Shown: piece after piece, positions 27,948 to 40,267 of the stretch
Numbering within the stretch: position 1 is the first letter of the stretch
Layout: every line of letters begins with the position of its first letter
Origin: Candidatus Iainarchaeum sp.
GTDB lineage: Archaea > Iainarchaeota > Iainarchaeia > Iainarchaeales > JAFCCW01
Length of the DNA stretch: 64,000 nt
NCBI GenBank assembly: GCA_017609985.1
Contig: JAFCCW010000004.1
Coordinates: 15,899-79,898, forward strand
Reading direction: 5' to 3'
Made by a program: the position numbers and the translations under genes
The notes under the pieces: generated by a model
Database searches by the model: none
The model's input: only the letters and a program-made list of their open reading frames with translations
Told to the model about the DNA's origin: nothing

Positions 27948-28570
27948 TATATCACGTCCTCTGACTTGCACTCTCCCAATCTATCAAGACAGTCTTCCTT
28001 TATTTCTTCATCTACTTCAGTACAAAGCTGTTCCAGTTTACTTAATTGGTCACAAACCTCTTGAGAAACAATATTTCTCAAAACAGTCTTATAACAGCCC
28101 TGCTTGTTTGCTTCGATTGAAATATTTTCACAAACAAATGGATTGTCTGTGTAAATAGCCACGCTGTAAAAACAGAATCTCTGATCGTCTATTGGAAGAC
28201 TTTTGCATAGGGAAGCATCTTCTAAAATTGACGCAATTCCTGAAACACAATCAAGTCTAGTATATTCATCTTCAATGCTGTTGCAATAGCTTATGTTTTC
28301 TTCTTCAAGTGAAAGCTCTTTGTAACAATAGTCCCTTGAAACTCCTTCTTCTCGCTCAGCACACTCTGGACTTTGTTTAATCTGCCAGTCCTCTAGTTCT
28401 GGTTCTGGCACGTCATCAGGAGTCAGGTTTTCGAATTCTTGATTGCTTATTTCCGCAAGATTAAGACTGTCTTTTTCTTCCACAGTCTTTTTACTCGCTG
28501 GAGAAAATAGTGTAATTGCTAAAAATACTAGTGCAAGTGCAATCACTGCGTGCTTCCAGTTTAAGTCCAT
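27947..28570 (-). CDS. exported cysteine-rich repeat protein, 207 aa
   Basis: N-terminal TM/signal (AVIALALVFLAITLF), an acidic linker, then about 14 Cys spaced every 10-14 residues (DYCYKEL, ISYCNSI, LDCVSG, SLCKSL, RFCFYS, FVCENI, GCYKTV, VCDQL, LCTEV, DCLDRL, GECKSE). Confidence 0.55.
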   Translation of the reverse strand: MDLNWKHAVIALALVFLAITLFSPASKKTVEEKDSLNLAEISNQEFENLTPDDVPEPELEDWQIKQSPECAEREEGVSRDYCYKELSLEEENISYCNSIEDEYTRLDCVSGIASILEDASLCKSLPIDDQRFCFYSVAIYTDNPFVCENISIEANKQGCYKTVLRNIVSQEVCDQLSKLEQLCTEVDEEIKEDCLDRLGECKSEDVI

Positions 28571-28605
28571 TCAAACCATTAGAAGATAGTTCTTTGAATT
28601 TAAAT

Positions 28606-28676
28606 AGTTTTCTAAAAAACTTTTCTACAATGTTTAGTTGCTTTACTTCTTTGATTTCAAAAAGTTTTCTAAAAAA
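28606..28676. repeat. direct repeats AGTTTTCTAAAAAA (28606-28619 and 28663-28676) in the promoter region downstream of rps10
   Basis: Read directly. A TATA-like TTTAAAT lies at ~28598-28606 on the minus strand, about 30 nt upstream of the ATG at 28570. Confidence 0.3.
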
Positions 28677-28680
28677 GGTT

Positions 28681-28989
28681 CTAGTCTCTTAGCTCAATTT
28701 CTACATGCACGTCTTCTGGAATTTCAACACGCATAATTCTTCTAAGCGTACTTTCGTCTGCTTTGATGTCAATTAGCCTTTTGTGAATTCGCATTTCCCA
28801 TTTTTCATAGGTTTCTGTTCCGCCACCGCAAGGACTCTTTCGGGTTGGAATAACGAGTTTTTTTGTTGGCAATGGCACTGGACCAGAGTACTTAGCACCT
28901 GTTCGCTCAGCTACTGCAATCACCTGTCTGGCGATTTCATCAACGCGCTCGAAACTTTTCGAACTCAGTTTTACTCTAGCTTTCTGCAT
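28681..28989 (-). CDS. rps10: 30S ribosomal protein uS10
   Basis: [10 protein letters not shown]...[22 protein letters not shown]...IHKRLIDI. Confidence 0.85.
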   Translation of the reverse strand: MQKARVKLSSKSFERVDEIARQVIAVAERTGAKYSGPVPLPTKKLVIPTRKSPCGGGTETYEKWEMRIHKRLIDIKADESTLRRIMRVEIPEDVHVEIELRD

Positions 28990-29058
28990 AACCAATCAAC
29001 TCAATTAAAAGCAATTAAGCCTTTTTTCCCTAAAAATAAAAAAAATAGGGAAAGAACA

Positions 29059-30327
29059 TCACTCTTTTGGAGTGATGCCTGTTACCATTCCTGCAGCTAC
29101 TGTCTGGCCCATATCTCTGATTGCGAACCTTCCAAGCTGTGGGAATGCCTTGTATTCCTCTACAACAACTGGTCGAGTTGGAACAATCTTTACGATTGCT
29201 GCATCTCCTGTTTTGAGGAATTTTGGATTCTCTTCCTTGACGTTTCCTGTTTTAGGATCAAGAGATTTTTGCAATTCTGTCAAAGTACAGCTGAGCTGTT
29301 CTGTGTGCATATGGAACACTGGAGTGTATCCTGCAGGAATTGCAGTAGGATGACTTAACACAACAATCTGTGCAGTGAACTCTTTTGCCACTGAAGGCGG
29401 ATTGTTTGTGTGACCAAGCACGTGTCCTCTTTTGACCTGTGTCTTGTCAAGTCCTCTTACATTGAATCCAATATTGTCACCTGGCACTGCTTGTGGCAAC
29501 TGTTCGTGGTGCATTTCAACAGTTTTTACTTCTCCTGTTGCACCTGATGGTTGCACAATAATTTGGTCTCCAGGCTTAATTATTCCTGTTTCCACTCTGC
29601 CGACAGGAACCATTCCAACACCCTTTATGTTGTAGACATCCTGAATTGGAAGTCTCAGTGGTTTGTCTGTTGGTGGCTCTGGTGCAATAAGGTCGTCTAA
29701 AGCATCAATTAGGGTTGGCCCAGAATACCAAGGCATTTTTTCTGTCTTTTTTGCAACATTATCGCCTTCCCACGCTGAAACAGGGATATATTTGACTGTT
29801 TCTGCCTTGAATCCGATTCCGCCAAGCAATTTTTCCATTTCACCCTTGATTTCCTTGAACTTGCCTTCTTCATAGCCGACTTCATCCATCTTGTTAATGG
29901 CTATAGTAAGCTGCTTTATTCCCATTACCTGGGAAAGAAATGCATGTTCTTTTGTCTGAGGCTTTACTCCCTCTTTTGCAGCAACAACCAGTACAGCAGC
30001 GTCTGCCTGACTTGTTCCTGTAATCATGTTCTTTACAAAATCTTTATGTCCAGGAGCGTCAATTATTGTAAAGTCGTTCTTTTTTCCTTCAAACTTCTTG
30101 TAAGCAACATCAATTGTTACTCCGCGCTCTCTTTCCTCTTTTAGATTGTCCATTGCATAAGCAAAGGCAAAAGTTCCTTTTCCTTTTTCCTTAGCTTCTG
30201 CTTCCAGCTTTCTGTACTCCTGCTCACTCAAAGAGCCAGAGTCGTACAACAGCCTTCCGACAAGTGTAGACTTTCCATGGTCAACGTGACCAATGAAAAC
30301 CAAATTCAAGTGTGGTTTATCTGCCAT
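29059..30327 (-). CDS. tuf: translation elongation factor 1-alpha (aEF-1A)
   Basis: [22 protein letters not shown]-motifs; domains II and III conserved. Confidence 0.95.
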   Translation of the reverse strand: MADKPHLNLVFIGHVDHGKSTLVGRLLYDSGSLSEQEYRKLEAEAKEKGKGTFAFAYAMDNLKEERERGVTIDVAYKKFEGKKNDFTIIDAPGHKDFVKNMITGTSQADAAVLVVAAKEGVKPQTKEHAFLSQVMGIKQLTIAINKMDEVGYEEGKFKEIKGEMEKLLGGIGFKAETVKYIPVSAWEGDNVAKKTEKMPWYSGPTLIDALDDLIAPEPPTDKPLRLPIQDVYNIKGVGMVPVGRVETGIIKPGDQIIVQPSGATGEVKTVEMHHEQLPQAVPGDNIGFNVRGLDKTQVKRGHVLGHTNNPPSVAKEFTAQIVVLSHPTAIPAGYTPVFHMHTEQLSCTLTELQKSLDPKTGNVKEENPKFLKTGDAAIVKIVPTRPVVVEEYKAFPQLGRFAIRDMGQTVAAGMVTGITPKE

Positions 30328-30462
30328 AAAATCCCTCCAATTTATTGATGCTTTAGCGTAAACAATTCTTAATCGAAAGTATTAAAAAACTAAATTCAAG
30401 CGAAATTCCGCTAAATCACTAACTTATATGGCCTCACAATGTTTTAAAATCTATTGATATTT

Positions 30463-32670
30463 TTACTCCAGGAAGAAGTTGAATGCTTTGACTGATTCAG
30501 ACATTCCCTTTCTTAATCTAATTTCCTTGATTGTTTTCTCCTGCAGTTCGTAAGGCAAAAGCTCGTAGCCAGCATACTCTGCTGTCCAGATAGCTCTTCC
30601 CTGTGTAGCAGAACGCATGTCTCCTGCAAATCCAATTAATTCTTTTACTGGGGCTTTTGCAATAATTATTGAACTGTCTCCCTCTTGCCTCATTTCGTTA
30701 ATTTGAGTTCTTCTCTGTCCTAATTCTTTTGAAACTGCTCCCATATAATCCTGTGGCACAGTAATTGTAAGAGTTTGCTTTGGTTCAAACAATTTTGTTC
30801 CAGCCTGCAACATACAAGCATAAATTCCTCTTGTGATTGCTGGCAAGACCTGTGCTGGTCCTCTGTGAATTGCATCCTCATGCAAGGTTGCATCTTCTAA
30901 CAATAACATAACTCCAAAACATTTTTCTTTTGCAAGTGGTCCAGCATCCATTGCATCCTGAAAACCCTGTATTACAAGTTCTCTAATCTCGTGCAATGCA
31001 TCAATTCCTCTGGTTGAATCAATCAACACATTGTTGTTGTGCACACACCAGATTTTCTTTGAAACATCAGTTTCAAAACCAATTTCCTGGAATTTTGCAA
31101 TCATTTCCTTGTCTTTTGCTTTTACTTTTTGGTTAATCTTTTTCTCTATAAGTTTTTCAAGAATTGCTTCAGAAATAGGCTTTACACTAATCTTGAATTT
31201 ATTATGCTTGTTTGGACTTTTTGCTTCAAGTGTCTCGCTGTTATTGTCAATTGTTTCTCTGTACACAACAATTGGTGGAGAAACCTCTATTGGAATTCCA
31301 TGATGCTTCTCAATCCTGTACTGTGTAATTTCAAGATGTAATTCTCCCATTCCGCTCAACAGATGTTCTCCTGTTTCCTGATTGAGTGTTGCTTTTATGT
31401 TTGGATCCTCTTTTGTAATCTGTCTAATAACCTCGATAAGCTTTGGAAGATCCTTTGTTTCCTTTGCTTCAACAGAAATTGTAATCACTGGCTCTGCATC
31501 TGACTTAAAGCTTTCAAATTCAGCTATTTCTTGTTCAGAAACAGTTTCTCCAGTATAAACTTCTCTTAATCCAACAAGTGCAGCAATGTTTCCCGCAGGA
31601 ACTTTGTCTGTTTCAACAAAATCCGGGCCCATAAAAACACCAACTTTTTGAAGTACAGCATCTTTTTTTGCTCCAATCAATTTGATTGGATTTCCCTTTT
31701 TTGCAGTTCCGCTGTAAATTCTGCCTGTTGCAATATCTCCTGCGTGCTTGTCAACACTCACATCAGTAACCATCATTGCAAATGGAGCATTTTCATCACA
31801 TTCAATCATTCCCTTTCCAACCTTGCTTTCAGAATCTCCTGCCCAGATTTCTTTTGATCTGTATTTTTGTGCAGAAAGCGGATTTGGAAGATGGTCCACA
31901 ATCATATTAAGAACTGCTGTTGAAAGCGGAGACTTTTTTGCAAGCTCATCCTGCTTTTCATCTTTCATAAAATTGTAAACTTCCTTGAAAGAAATTCCTG
32001 TTTTCTGCATTGTTGGAACTGAAACAGCCCATTTGTGATATGCAGAACCAAAAGTAACTGAACCATTCTTTACATCCACAATCCAGTCTTCTAGATATTG
32101 TTTAGGCGCATTCTTTTTGATTAACTTGTTTACCTGTGAAATAACCTTGACAAACTTTTCCTGCATCTGCTCTTCTGTAACCTGCAATTCATTAATCAGT
32201 CTGTCCACCTTGTTAATGAACAAAACAGGTTTTGCCATTTCCTTCAGAGCCTGTCTAATAACTGTTTCTGTTTGAGGCATTACTCCCTCTACAGCGTCAA
32301 CTACAAGAACAACTCCGTCAACAGCTCTCATTGCTCTTATAACGTCTCCTCCAAAATCAACATGCCCTGGAGTGTCAATAACATTAATCAAGTGTTCTAC
32401 TTCATCTTTTTTGTAAAGCAATGAAATATTTGCAGCATTAATTGTAATTCCTCTCTCTTGCTCCTGGTCTTCTGAATCCATAAACAATTGTTTTCCCGCA
32501 AGCTCTTCACTCATTAGCCCTGATGCAGCAATAAGTGAATCAGTCATAGTGGTTTTTCCATGGTCTATGTGAGCAACTATTCCTATGTTTCTTATGTTTT
32601 CTCTGTTTTCCATAAGCTTTTCAGCCAGCTTCACAATATCTTCTTTTTTTGCCATAAACACCACGTCCAT
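30463..32670 (-). CDS. fusA: translation elongation factor 2 (aEF-2)
   Basis: AHIDHGKTT, DTPGHVDF, NKVDR G-motifs. A diphthamide-region His (HEDAIHRGPAQV) is present. The true start may be the internal MAKK at about 32655. Confidence 0.95.
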   Translation of the reverse strand: MDVVFMAKKEDIVKLAEKLMENRENIRNIGIVAHIDHGKTTMTDSLIAASGLMSEELAGKQLFMDSEDQEQERGITINAANISLLYKKDEVEHLINVIDTPGHVDFGGDVIRAMRAVDGVVLVVDAVEGVMPQTETVIRQALKEMAKPVLFINKVDRLINELQVTEEQMQEKFVKVISQVNKLIKKNAPKQYLEDWIVDVKNGSVTFGSAYHKWAVSVPTMQKTGISFKEVYNFMKDEKQDELAKKSPLSTAVLNMIVDHLPNPLSAQKYRSKEIWAGDSESKVGKGMIECDENAPFAMMVTDVSVDKHAGDIATGRIYSGTAKKGNPIKLIGAKKDAVLQKVGVFMGPDFVETDKVPAGNIAALVGLREVYTGETVSEQEIAEFESFKSDAEPVITISVEAKETKDLPKLIEVIRQITKEDPNIKATLNQETGEHLLSGMGELHLEITQYRIEKHHGIPIEVSPPIVVYRETIDNNSETLEAKSPNKHNKFKISVKPISEAILEKLIEKKINQKVKAKDKEMIAKFQEIGFETDVSKKIWCVHNNNVLIDSTRGIDALHEIRELVIQGFQDAMDAGPLAKEKCFGVMLLLEDATLHEDAIHRGPAQVLPAITRGIYACMLQAGTKLFEPKQTLTITVPQDYMGAVSKELGQRRTQINEMRQEGDSSIIIAKAPVKELIGFAGDMRSATQGRAIWTAEYAGYELLPYELQEKTIKEIRLRKGMSESVKAFNFFLE

Positions 32671-32699
32671 TCATAAATGCATTTAATCAATAACTCTAA

Positions 32700-33302
32700 T
32701 TACCTGCTTGCTTTTGCAATTCTTTCAACTTCATCTCTTCTCTTCACAGAAAAGCTTTTTTTGTCCTCGTCTGCTGCAAGAATAAGCTCGTTTGCAAGAG
32801 CATCCTCTGCACTTGTTTTATTGTTGAACGAAGAAGAGAATCCTGCAAGTGCAATATTTTTAACAGCTTCATCAACTCTTTTCAGTGGAGCAATATCAAC
32901 TGCCTGTGAATAAGAAATTCCCCCTCTTTTAATTCTGGTTATGTCCTCTCTTGGAGCTGCATTTTCTATTGCAGTAATCAAAACCTGAACAGGATTTTTC
33001 TTTGTTTTTTGTTCAACTATTTCGAAAGCGTTTTCTACAATTCTCATTGCCTGAAGTTTTTTTCCGCAGCTTCCTCTGCCTCGGATGTATTTTCCGCTAA
33101 GTTTTCTTTTTCCCTGTCCGCTTCTCATAATCTTGTTAATTAGTCTTTCAACAATAGCAATATTTGCTTTTTCAAATTTCTTTGTAGTATTTTGTCCAAA
33201 ACTATGAGGAATAGTTTTTGACTCAAGATTTATATATCTTGCAAGACCTGAATCTCTTACCTTAATTTCTTTTGTGTCCCATCTGTCGAAAATCAGCGTC
33301 AT
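32700..33302 (-). CDS. rps7: 30S ribosomal protein uS7
   Basis: KLINKIMRSGQGKRKLSGK...AIENAAPREDITRIKRGGISYSQAVD. Confidence 0.9.
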   Translation of the reverse strand: MTLIFDRWDTKEIKVRDSGLARYINLESKTIPHSFGQNTTKKFEKANIAIVERLINKIMRSGQGKRKLSGKYIRGRGSCGKKLQAMRIVENAFEIVEQKTKKNPVQVLITAIENAAPREDITRIKRGGISYSQAVDIAPLKRVDEAVKNIALAGFSSSFNNKTSAEDALANELILAADEDKKSFSVKRRDEVERIAKASR

Positions 33303-33311
33303 TCAACTCAC

Positions 33312-33734
33312 CTATCGCTTAACCTTTTCTTTTCTTCCAGATCTCAGCATTTCAAGACTCTGGTTATTAACCTTTATAACTTTGTATTTAACTCCCCAAA
33401 GATCTCCTGGAGCACCGCCTTTTCTTCCTCCAAGACCCTCCACGATAACTTCATCGTGTTCATCAATATACTTTATTGCCCCATCTTTTGGAGCAAAAGC
33501 TGTTAATTCTCTTCCATTCTTTATAAGCTGAACTCTTACACATTTTCTGATTCCTGAATTTGGCTGTCTTGCAGTAACTCCTCTTTTTTCAATTACAAGA
33601 CCTCTTCCCTGCGGGCTTCCTTCAAGCAAGTCAGATTTTTTCTTCTTATGTCTCTTTTTTTGGCGAGGATCCTTATGTTTCCATTTCTTTCGCTTTTTTT
33701 CAAGTTGTCTTGCTGAAAATTCACCTTTAGCCAT
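33312..33734 (-). CDS. rps12: 30S ribosomal protein uS12
   Basis: [25 protein letters not shown]...[23 protein letters not shown]. Confidence 0.9.
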   Translation of the reverse strand: MAKGEFSARQLEKKRKKWKHKDPRQKKRHKKKKSDLLEGSPQGRGLVIEKRGVTARQPNSGIRKCVRVQLIKNGRELTAFAPKDGAIKYIDEHDEVIVEGLGGRKGGAPGDLWGVKYKVIKVNNQSLEMLRSGRKEKVKR

Positions 33735-33738
33735 AAAT

Positions 33739-34152
33739 TCACCTAATCATCATGTTTCCTATGTTATAATTTCTTTCGGCAATCATTTTAACTCTTTTTA
33801 ATTTTCTTCCTCTTTCCCTGATTTTTATCTTGCTTTCTGGCGAAAGAGAAACAATTGCTTCCTTACTGCCATTTTCTTCAACAACATTAACTTTGTCAAA
33901 ATTTATTTCACTCATTGCTGCTTTTAGAAAAGAACCAAAATCCTGATTGTATGACAGAATTTCAATCTTTTTTCCAAGTGCATCATTGAGTTTTTTAACA
34001 TTCACCGCCTTTTTTCCAATTGCTTTTCCAACATCCTTCGGGGGCACGAGAAAAGAAACTATTTCTCGGTCAACCACACAGTCTCTTGCACTCACACCAG
34101 ATATTGATTCAAGTGCGTTAATCATTCTTATCTGGTCTTCATCAATTTTCAT
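33739..34152 (-). CDS. nusA: NusA-like KH-domain transcription termination/antitermination factor
   Basis: Two KH-like motifs, and the conserved position between rps12 and rpl30e. Confidence 0.75.
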   Translation of the reverse strand: MKIDEDQIRMINALESISGVSARDCVVDREIVSFLVPPKDVGKAIGKKAVNVKKLNDALGKKIEILSYNQDFGSFLKAAMSEINFDKVNVVEENGSKEAIVSLSPESKIKIRERGRKLKRVKMIAERNYNIGNMMIR

Positions 34153-34463
34153 GCATTCCCCTTTCCCTTGACTAAGTCAAGCACTTTGCTTTTTCCAACA
34201 TTTTCTATAGTAAGAGCGGAAATTACAAATGGTTTTCCACAAATGCTTCCCAATGCAGAAGCAGGTTCTCCAAATTCATAATGTGGAATTCCTGCAACTT
34301 TTCCAAGCTGTATAAGTTTTTCTTTAACATTTTCAACTGTATTAGAGCTAAACACAATAAGTTTTGCACTTCCAGTTAACAGAGCTTTCTCACTCTGTCT
34401 GACACCAAAAAGCACTTTGCCAGTGTCAACAGCTCTTCTGATTTCACGTTTTTCATCAACCAT
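34149..34463 (-). CDS. rpl30e: 50S ribosomal protein eL30 (L30e)
   Basis: GKVLFGVRQSEKALLTGSAKLIVFSSN...AGIPHYEFGEPASALGSICGKPF. Confidence 0.85.
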   Translation of the reverse strand: MVDEKREIRRAVDTGKVLFGVRQSEKALLTGSAKLIVFSSNTVENVKEKLIQLGKVAGIPHYEFGEPASALGSICGKPFVISALTIENVGKSKVLDLVKGKGNA

Positions 34464-34581
34464 TCAGGCCACTCTCAAGTATTCAAATCAAAAAACCACT
34501 AGAGAAAAAGTATTTGAAACGCCTTCACATTTTTTCTCCAGCGTTAACATATTTCCCAAGCTAATGTTTTTAAATGAAATG

Positions 34582-35817
<1,236 letters not shown>

Positions 35818-38427
35818 CTACAAGTCCTTTTCTATTGATTTTTTAACATTCATACTTTTTCCCTTAATTGACTTCATTGGGAAAATTCCGTCTTCTCCGT
35901 AAGAATACTGCACAAGATTCTTTGACGCAGTTCTCACTGTTCTGTCTGTTTCAACAAACAAGTCTTTCAGAGAATTTGCCAGACGCCTGTAAAGATATCC
36001 TGACACTTTTGTGGACACTCCAGTGTCAACTTCTCCCTGTCTTCCGCCCATTGAATGATAGAAGTATTCTTTTCCCTTCATTCCATCCATAAAGTTCTGG
36101 TTGATAAATCCGCCAGTAATAAGGCCAACATCATCTTTTTCATTAAGGGTAATAAGCCTGTTTTTGAAACCGCGTTTTGGTCTTCCTTCTCTTACCGAAG
36201 CCTGCCCCCAGAATCCAGCAATATTCATCAGGTTTGTACTGCTTCCTCTGCTTCCACTTAAAATCATAACCGTAGTGTTAAGTTCTGGATTTTTTCCAAG
36301 AACTTTTTGGACTTTTTCACTCATAATCATTTTTTCAATCTCTTCTTTTGTTTCTGCTGAAAGTCGCATCATTCCAATTTCAAAACTTTCTTGCAGTGTT
36401 TTTCCGGGAATAATATCAAGAGTCTTGTTTTCGTATTTTTTCACAAGCTTGGTTCCTTCCTTTAAAGCATTTTCTATTGAAGACTCGGAAGCCTTCTTTA
36501 TCTTGTCACTCATTTCGTATTCGTCAAGTCCTGCAGTCATTCCCTTTTTTGTAAGAAGATCTGAAACCACTCTGTTAACCATGTTGTAAAATTTTTCAAT
36601 TACGTCGCTGCTGTATTGTCTTGCAAGAGTGTCTATTAAGATTCCCTTTGCTTCTCCCAAACTTGAACTGTCAATAACTCCTGTTTCAAGCACGCCATCC
36701 TTTATTTTGACATAAGCTCCGTAAGGACATTTGTCTCCCTTACAAGCACTAGTGCAGACACCTGTCTTTTTCAATACCTTGCAAGTGTTTGAAGTGTATT
36801 CAAGGTTAAGGTCGTCTGGAAGCATTTGACTGAAAATAAGTTTTCCTGAATAATTCTTTCCCTTGTCTGGTTTTGGAAGCTCTTTAATTCCCATTTCATA
36901 AAAATACTTCATTGCTTCGTCTTTTGAAAATTCTGTACTGTCAAGTGTTAAAATATATACTCCGCTTACTCCGTCTTCTTCAAGCACTACAACTGGTGCT
37001 CCGTATCTTGGACTAATAACATTGTTTTGCACATACATTAACTCTTGCGCTTCACTCTTTCCTTCTTCTGTTTGTGGGACATGAATATTCATTTCGTCTC
37101 CATCAAAGTCTGCATTGTATGGCTTGCAAACAACTGGATTAATTCTCAAAGTCTTGCCATCCATTATTCTTACCTTGTGTGCCATCATACTCAGTCTGTG
37201 GAGTGAAGGCTGTCTGTTAAAAAGAACAATATCTCCGTTCTGCAAGCTTCTTTCAATCTTAAATCCTGGTTCAATTTCTTCAAGAATAAGGTCTCTTGTT
37301 TCATCAGTAATTTTTCTTCTCTGCCCGTTTGGTCTTGCAACATATTGAATTTCATCAGTTTCCTTGATTTTTTTCTTGATTGCGTCAATTGTTGCCTCAG
37401 TAATTGGCTCAGGCAAAGTTAAATCATTTGCAATATCTTGCGGAATCCCAATTTCGTTAATTGAAATAAATGAGTCTGGACTCACAGTAGATCGTGCAGC
37501 AAAATTAACTCTTTTTCCGGTTAGATTGTGTCTGAATCTTCCCTTTTTTCCCTTAAGTCTCTGAACAAGAGTTCTCAAAGCTCTTCCAGACCTGTGTTTC
37601 GCTGGGGGAACGCCAGCAGTATTATTGTTATAGTACGTTGTCACGTGATACTGAAGCAAATCCCATAAGTCCTCAATAATAAGCTGTGGTGCTCCTGCAT
37701 CAATATTGTCGTTAAGTCTCAGGTTAACCCTGATTATATCAACAAGCTTGTGAGTTAAGTCATCTTCACTTTTGACCCCGCTTTCAAGTGTAATAGATGG
37801 GCGTACAGTTATTGGTGGAACTGGCAACACTGAAGTGATAAACCATTCAGGTTTTGTAATTTCCAAATCATATCCTAAAAGTTTCAAATCCATTTCTGGA
37901 ATTTTTTCAATCCATTCTCTTATTTCTGTCGGATAAATTCTTTCCTTTCCAAGGAAGAAATTTGTTGGTTTGTCAAGCAGAATTTTTTCTTTTGGTGCCT
38001 TGCAATGCTCACATTCTTTTGCAGTTTTTGCTTTTCTCACAATTTTTGTAGGAACCTCTAAATCTCCTTTCTCCAGTTTTGATTCATACATTTTAAGCTT
38101 GTCATCTGGAAGATTTAGTCTGCCACATTCTTGACAGGTTGACTGCATTATAAGCTCAAGCTTTTTGCTGAATTCAGGATGCAAAACAGGTCTTACAAAT
38201 TCAATGCTTCCAAAGTGACCTGGACAGTCCTTCATTTTTTGACCGCAAGTCTTGCATCTAAGACCAGGATTTATTACTCCAAGATGTGGATCCATTAATC
38301 CCCCATCCATTGGATAACCATCTTTGTCATAAGTATCAGGTGTCTTTATTTCTATCGCAGACATTTTTCTGATTGTTTTAGGATCAAGAACACGAAAATC
38401 AATGCTGTGAATTTTCTTCATAAACAA
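35818..38427 (-). CDS. rpoA1: DNA-directed RNA polymerase subunit A' (Rpo1N)
   Basis: Zinc-ribbon Cys clusters, the NADFDGDEMN active-site motif, and the bridge helix. Confidence 0.95.
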   Translation of the reverse strand: MFMKKIHSIDFRVLDPKTIRKMSAIEIKTPDTYDKDGYPMDGGLMDPHLGVINPGLRCKTCGQKMKDCPGHFGSIEFVRPVLHPEFSKKLELIMQSTCQECGRLNLPDDKLKMYESKLEKGDLEVPTKIVRKAKTAKECEHCKAPKEKILLDKPTNFFLGKERIYPTEIREWIEKIPEMDLKLLGYDLEITKPEWFITSVLPVPPITVRPSITLESGVKSEDDLTHKLVDIIRVNLRLNDNIDAGAPQLIIEDLWDLLQYHVTTYYNNNTAGVPPAKHRSGRALRTLVQRLKGKKGRFRHNLTGKRVNFAARSTVSPDSFISINEIGIPQDIANDLTLPEPITEATIDAIKKKIKETDEIQYVARPNGQRRKITDETRDLILEEIEPGFKIERSLQNGDIVLFNRQPSLHRLSMMAHKVRIMDGKTLRINPVVCKPYNADFDGDEMNIHVPQTEEGKSEAQELMYVQNNVISPRYGAPVVVLEEDGVSGVYILTLDSTEFSKDEAMKYFYEMGIKELPKPDKGKNYSGKLIFSQMLPDDLNLEYTSNTCKVLKKTGVCTSACKGDKCPYGAYVKIKDGVLETGVIDSSSLGEAKGILIDTLARQYSSDVIEKFYNMVNRVVSDLLTKKGMTAGLDEYEMSDKIKKASESSIENALKEGTKLVKKYENKTLDIIPGKTLQESFEIGMMRLSAETKEEIEKMIMSEKVQKVLGKNPELNTTVMILSGSRGSSTNLMNIAGFWGQASVREGRPKRGFKNRLITLNEKDDVGLITGGFINQNFMDGMKGKEYFYHSMGGRQGEVDTGVSTKVSGYLYRRLANSLKDLFVETDRTVRTASKNLVQYSYGEDGIFPMKSIKGKSMNVKKSIEKDL

Positions 38428-38440
38428 CTTTTAACACCTA

Positions 38441-40252
38441 CTAAACCTTGTCTCCAATATTAAGTTTTGGCATGACTCCAAGAGCTTTTAGCTCATCAAG
38501 CAAAAGCTTGAAACCATAACTCATTTCAACAGGATAAACCTTTGAACTGTCACAAATTGGACAAAATTTTCTCTTTCTAATATTGTCTTCTACAGCTATT
38601 ACTCCGCATTTTTCACAAACAAGCTGTACAACCCTGTCACTGTCTTCTATAAGTTTTTCCTGCAAAAGCATTGCTGCTCCGTGCCCAACCAGTGTTTCTG
38701 TTTCCATCTCTCCAAATCTTAAGCCGCCTTCTTTTTCCTTTCCTTCAGTTGGCTGTCTTGTGAGAATCTGCACTGGTCCTCTTGACCTTGCCTGCATTTT
38801 GTGGGATACAAGGTGGAACAATCTTCTGTAAGAAACAATTCCATTAAAAATTTCTCCTTCAAGTTTTTCTCCACTTATTCCGTCGTAGAAAACCTCTTTT
38901 CCATCTCCTCTAAAACCATGCTTTTTCATCATTTCTTCTAATTGTGCCTGTGGCTCTGAATTGAATGGTGTTCCATCAATAGTTTCTCCTTCAAGAGAAG
39001 AAGCTTTTCCTGCTAGCATTTCAAGCAAGTGGCCCACAGTCATTCGGCTTGGAATTGAATGTGGATTAAGAATCAAGTCAGGTTTTATTCCATCTTCAGT
39101 AAACGGCATATCTTCTTCTGGAATTATTGCTCCAATAATTCCTTTCTGCCCATGTCTTGAACTAAATTTGTCTCCAACTTCCGGGATTGTTTCACTTCTA
39201 ACCTTAATCTTTGCAAGCTTGTTTCCATCTTCACTCTCTGTAATCATTACCTGGTCAACCCAGCCTTCTTTTCCTCTTCTTGCAAGCATTGAACTCTCTC
39301 TTCTCTTTTCCTTAACAATTCCAAATTCTGAAATTTCTTCAAGAAATCTTGGGGGTGAGGTTCTTCCAATAATAATTCCCTTGTCTCCAACATAGCTCTC
39401 AATATTTACAATTCCGTCTTCTCCAATATTTTTGTAAGCGTCTTCTCCAAGATATCCCACTGTGTCCTCGTCTGGAATTTCAAACTTGTCTTTTTGTCCT
39501 CCAGGATATCTCTGCTGTGTTGCTTCGTACATTCTGTAATAACCGCTTCTTCCAAGCCCTCTTTCAACAGCTCCCTTGTTGAGCACAAGAGCATCGAGAA
39601 CATTGAATCCATAGTATGGAAGAATTGCAACAACAAAATTCTGACTCTGTGGTCTTTTGTCCAGTCCAATTAAATCCATTGTCTTTGTTTTAACAATGTT
39701 CTTTTGAGGATAGTGAAGCAGGTAACTTTCTGTATCAGTTCTTAGCTTGAAATTAATTCCGCTTATTCCAAGAGCCTGTTTGAACATTTTTGCTCCGTGA
39801 AGAGCTTTTCCAGCCATGTCATGCTGAATATAAGGAATCATTGAAGAAATAACACTAAGCATTCCAATTGCATCAATTTCAAGATGGGTGTGCTCTGCAG
39901 TTAATTCTTCTTCACTAAGTGCAACAAGAGCATTTTCTTCTTCTTCTGCGTCAAGATATTCAATAATTCCCTTGTCAATAAGATCTTTCCAACCTAATTT
40001 TCCTGATTTAACTTTTGCTAAAGTTTCGTCTGAAAGCTTGCTTTTTCCATTCTCAACAACTATTACTGGTCTCTGTACTCTTCCAGAATCAGTGTTAATA
40101 TAAATTTCATTTGTTTCTTCATTAAATGCTATGTTCACGCCTGACTCAATCTTTCCGTCTCTTCTTGACTGTTTTAGGTCTTTCACAAGCTTGTCAGAGC
40201 TTTGGTGAAATCCAATAAGCCTTCCGTTGATGTAAACCTTTGCCTTTTCCAT
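38441..40252 (-). CDS. rpoB1: DNA-directed RNA polymerase subunit B' (C-terminal part of Rpo2)
   Basis: SRHGQKGIIG, GEMETETLVGHGAAMLL, C-terminal CxxC...CxxC. Confidence 0.9.
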   Translation of the reverse strand: MEKAKVYINGRLIGFHQSSDKLVKDLKQSRRDGKIESGVNIAFNEETNEIYINTDSGRVQRPVIVVENGKSKLSDETLAKVKSGKLGWKDLIDKGIIEYLDAEEEENALVALSEEELTAEHTHLEIDAIGMLSVISSMIPYIQHDMAGKALHGAKMFKQALGISGINFKLRTDTESYLLHYPQKNIVKTKTMDLIGLDKRPQSQNFVVAILPYYGFNVLDALVLNKGAVERGLGRSGYYRMYEATQQRYPGGQKDKFEIPDEDTVGYLGEDAYKNIGEDGIVNIESYVGDKGIIIGRTSPPRFLEEISEFGIVKEKRRESSMLARRGKEGWVDQVMITESEDGNKLAKIKVRSETIPEVGDKFSSRHGQKGIIGAIIPEEDMPFTEDGIKPDLILNPHSIPSRMTVGHLLEMLAGKASSLEGETIDGTPFNSEPQAQLEEMMKKHGFRGDGKEVFYDGISGEKLEGEIFNGIVSYRRLFHLVSHKMQARSRGPVQILTRQPTEGKEKEGGLRFGEMETETLVGHGAAMLLQEKLIEDSDRVVQLVCEKCGVIAVEDNIRKRKFCPICDSSKVYPVEMSYGFKLLLDELKALGVMPKLNIGDKV

Positions 40253-40267
40253 TCAAACACCCAGCAC

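Noticed and set aside
39406-39669. 87-aa minus-strand ORF inside rpoB1 (and similar internal ORFs such as 12196..12381 in rps5, 20546..20740 in rpl2, 24185..24370, 49313..49510, 62325..62510)
   Set aside because: Alternative-frame ORFs nested in well-supported conserved genes; no independent evidence.
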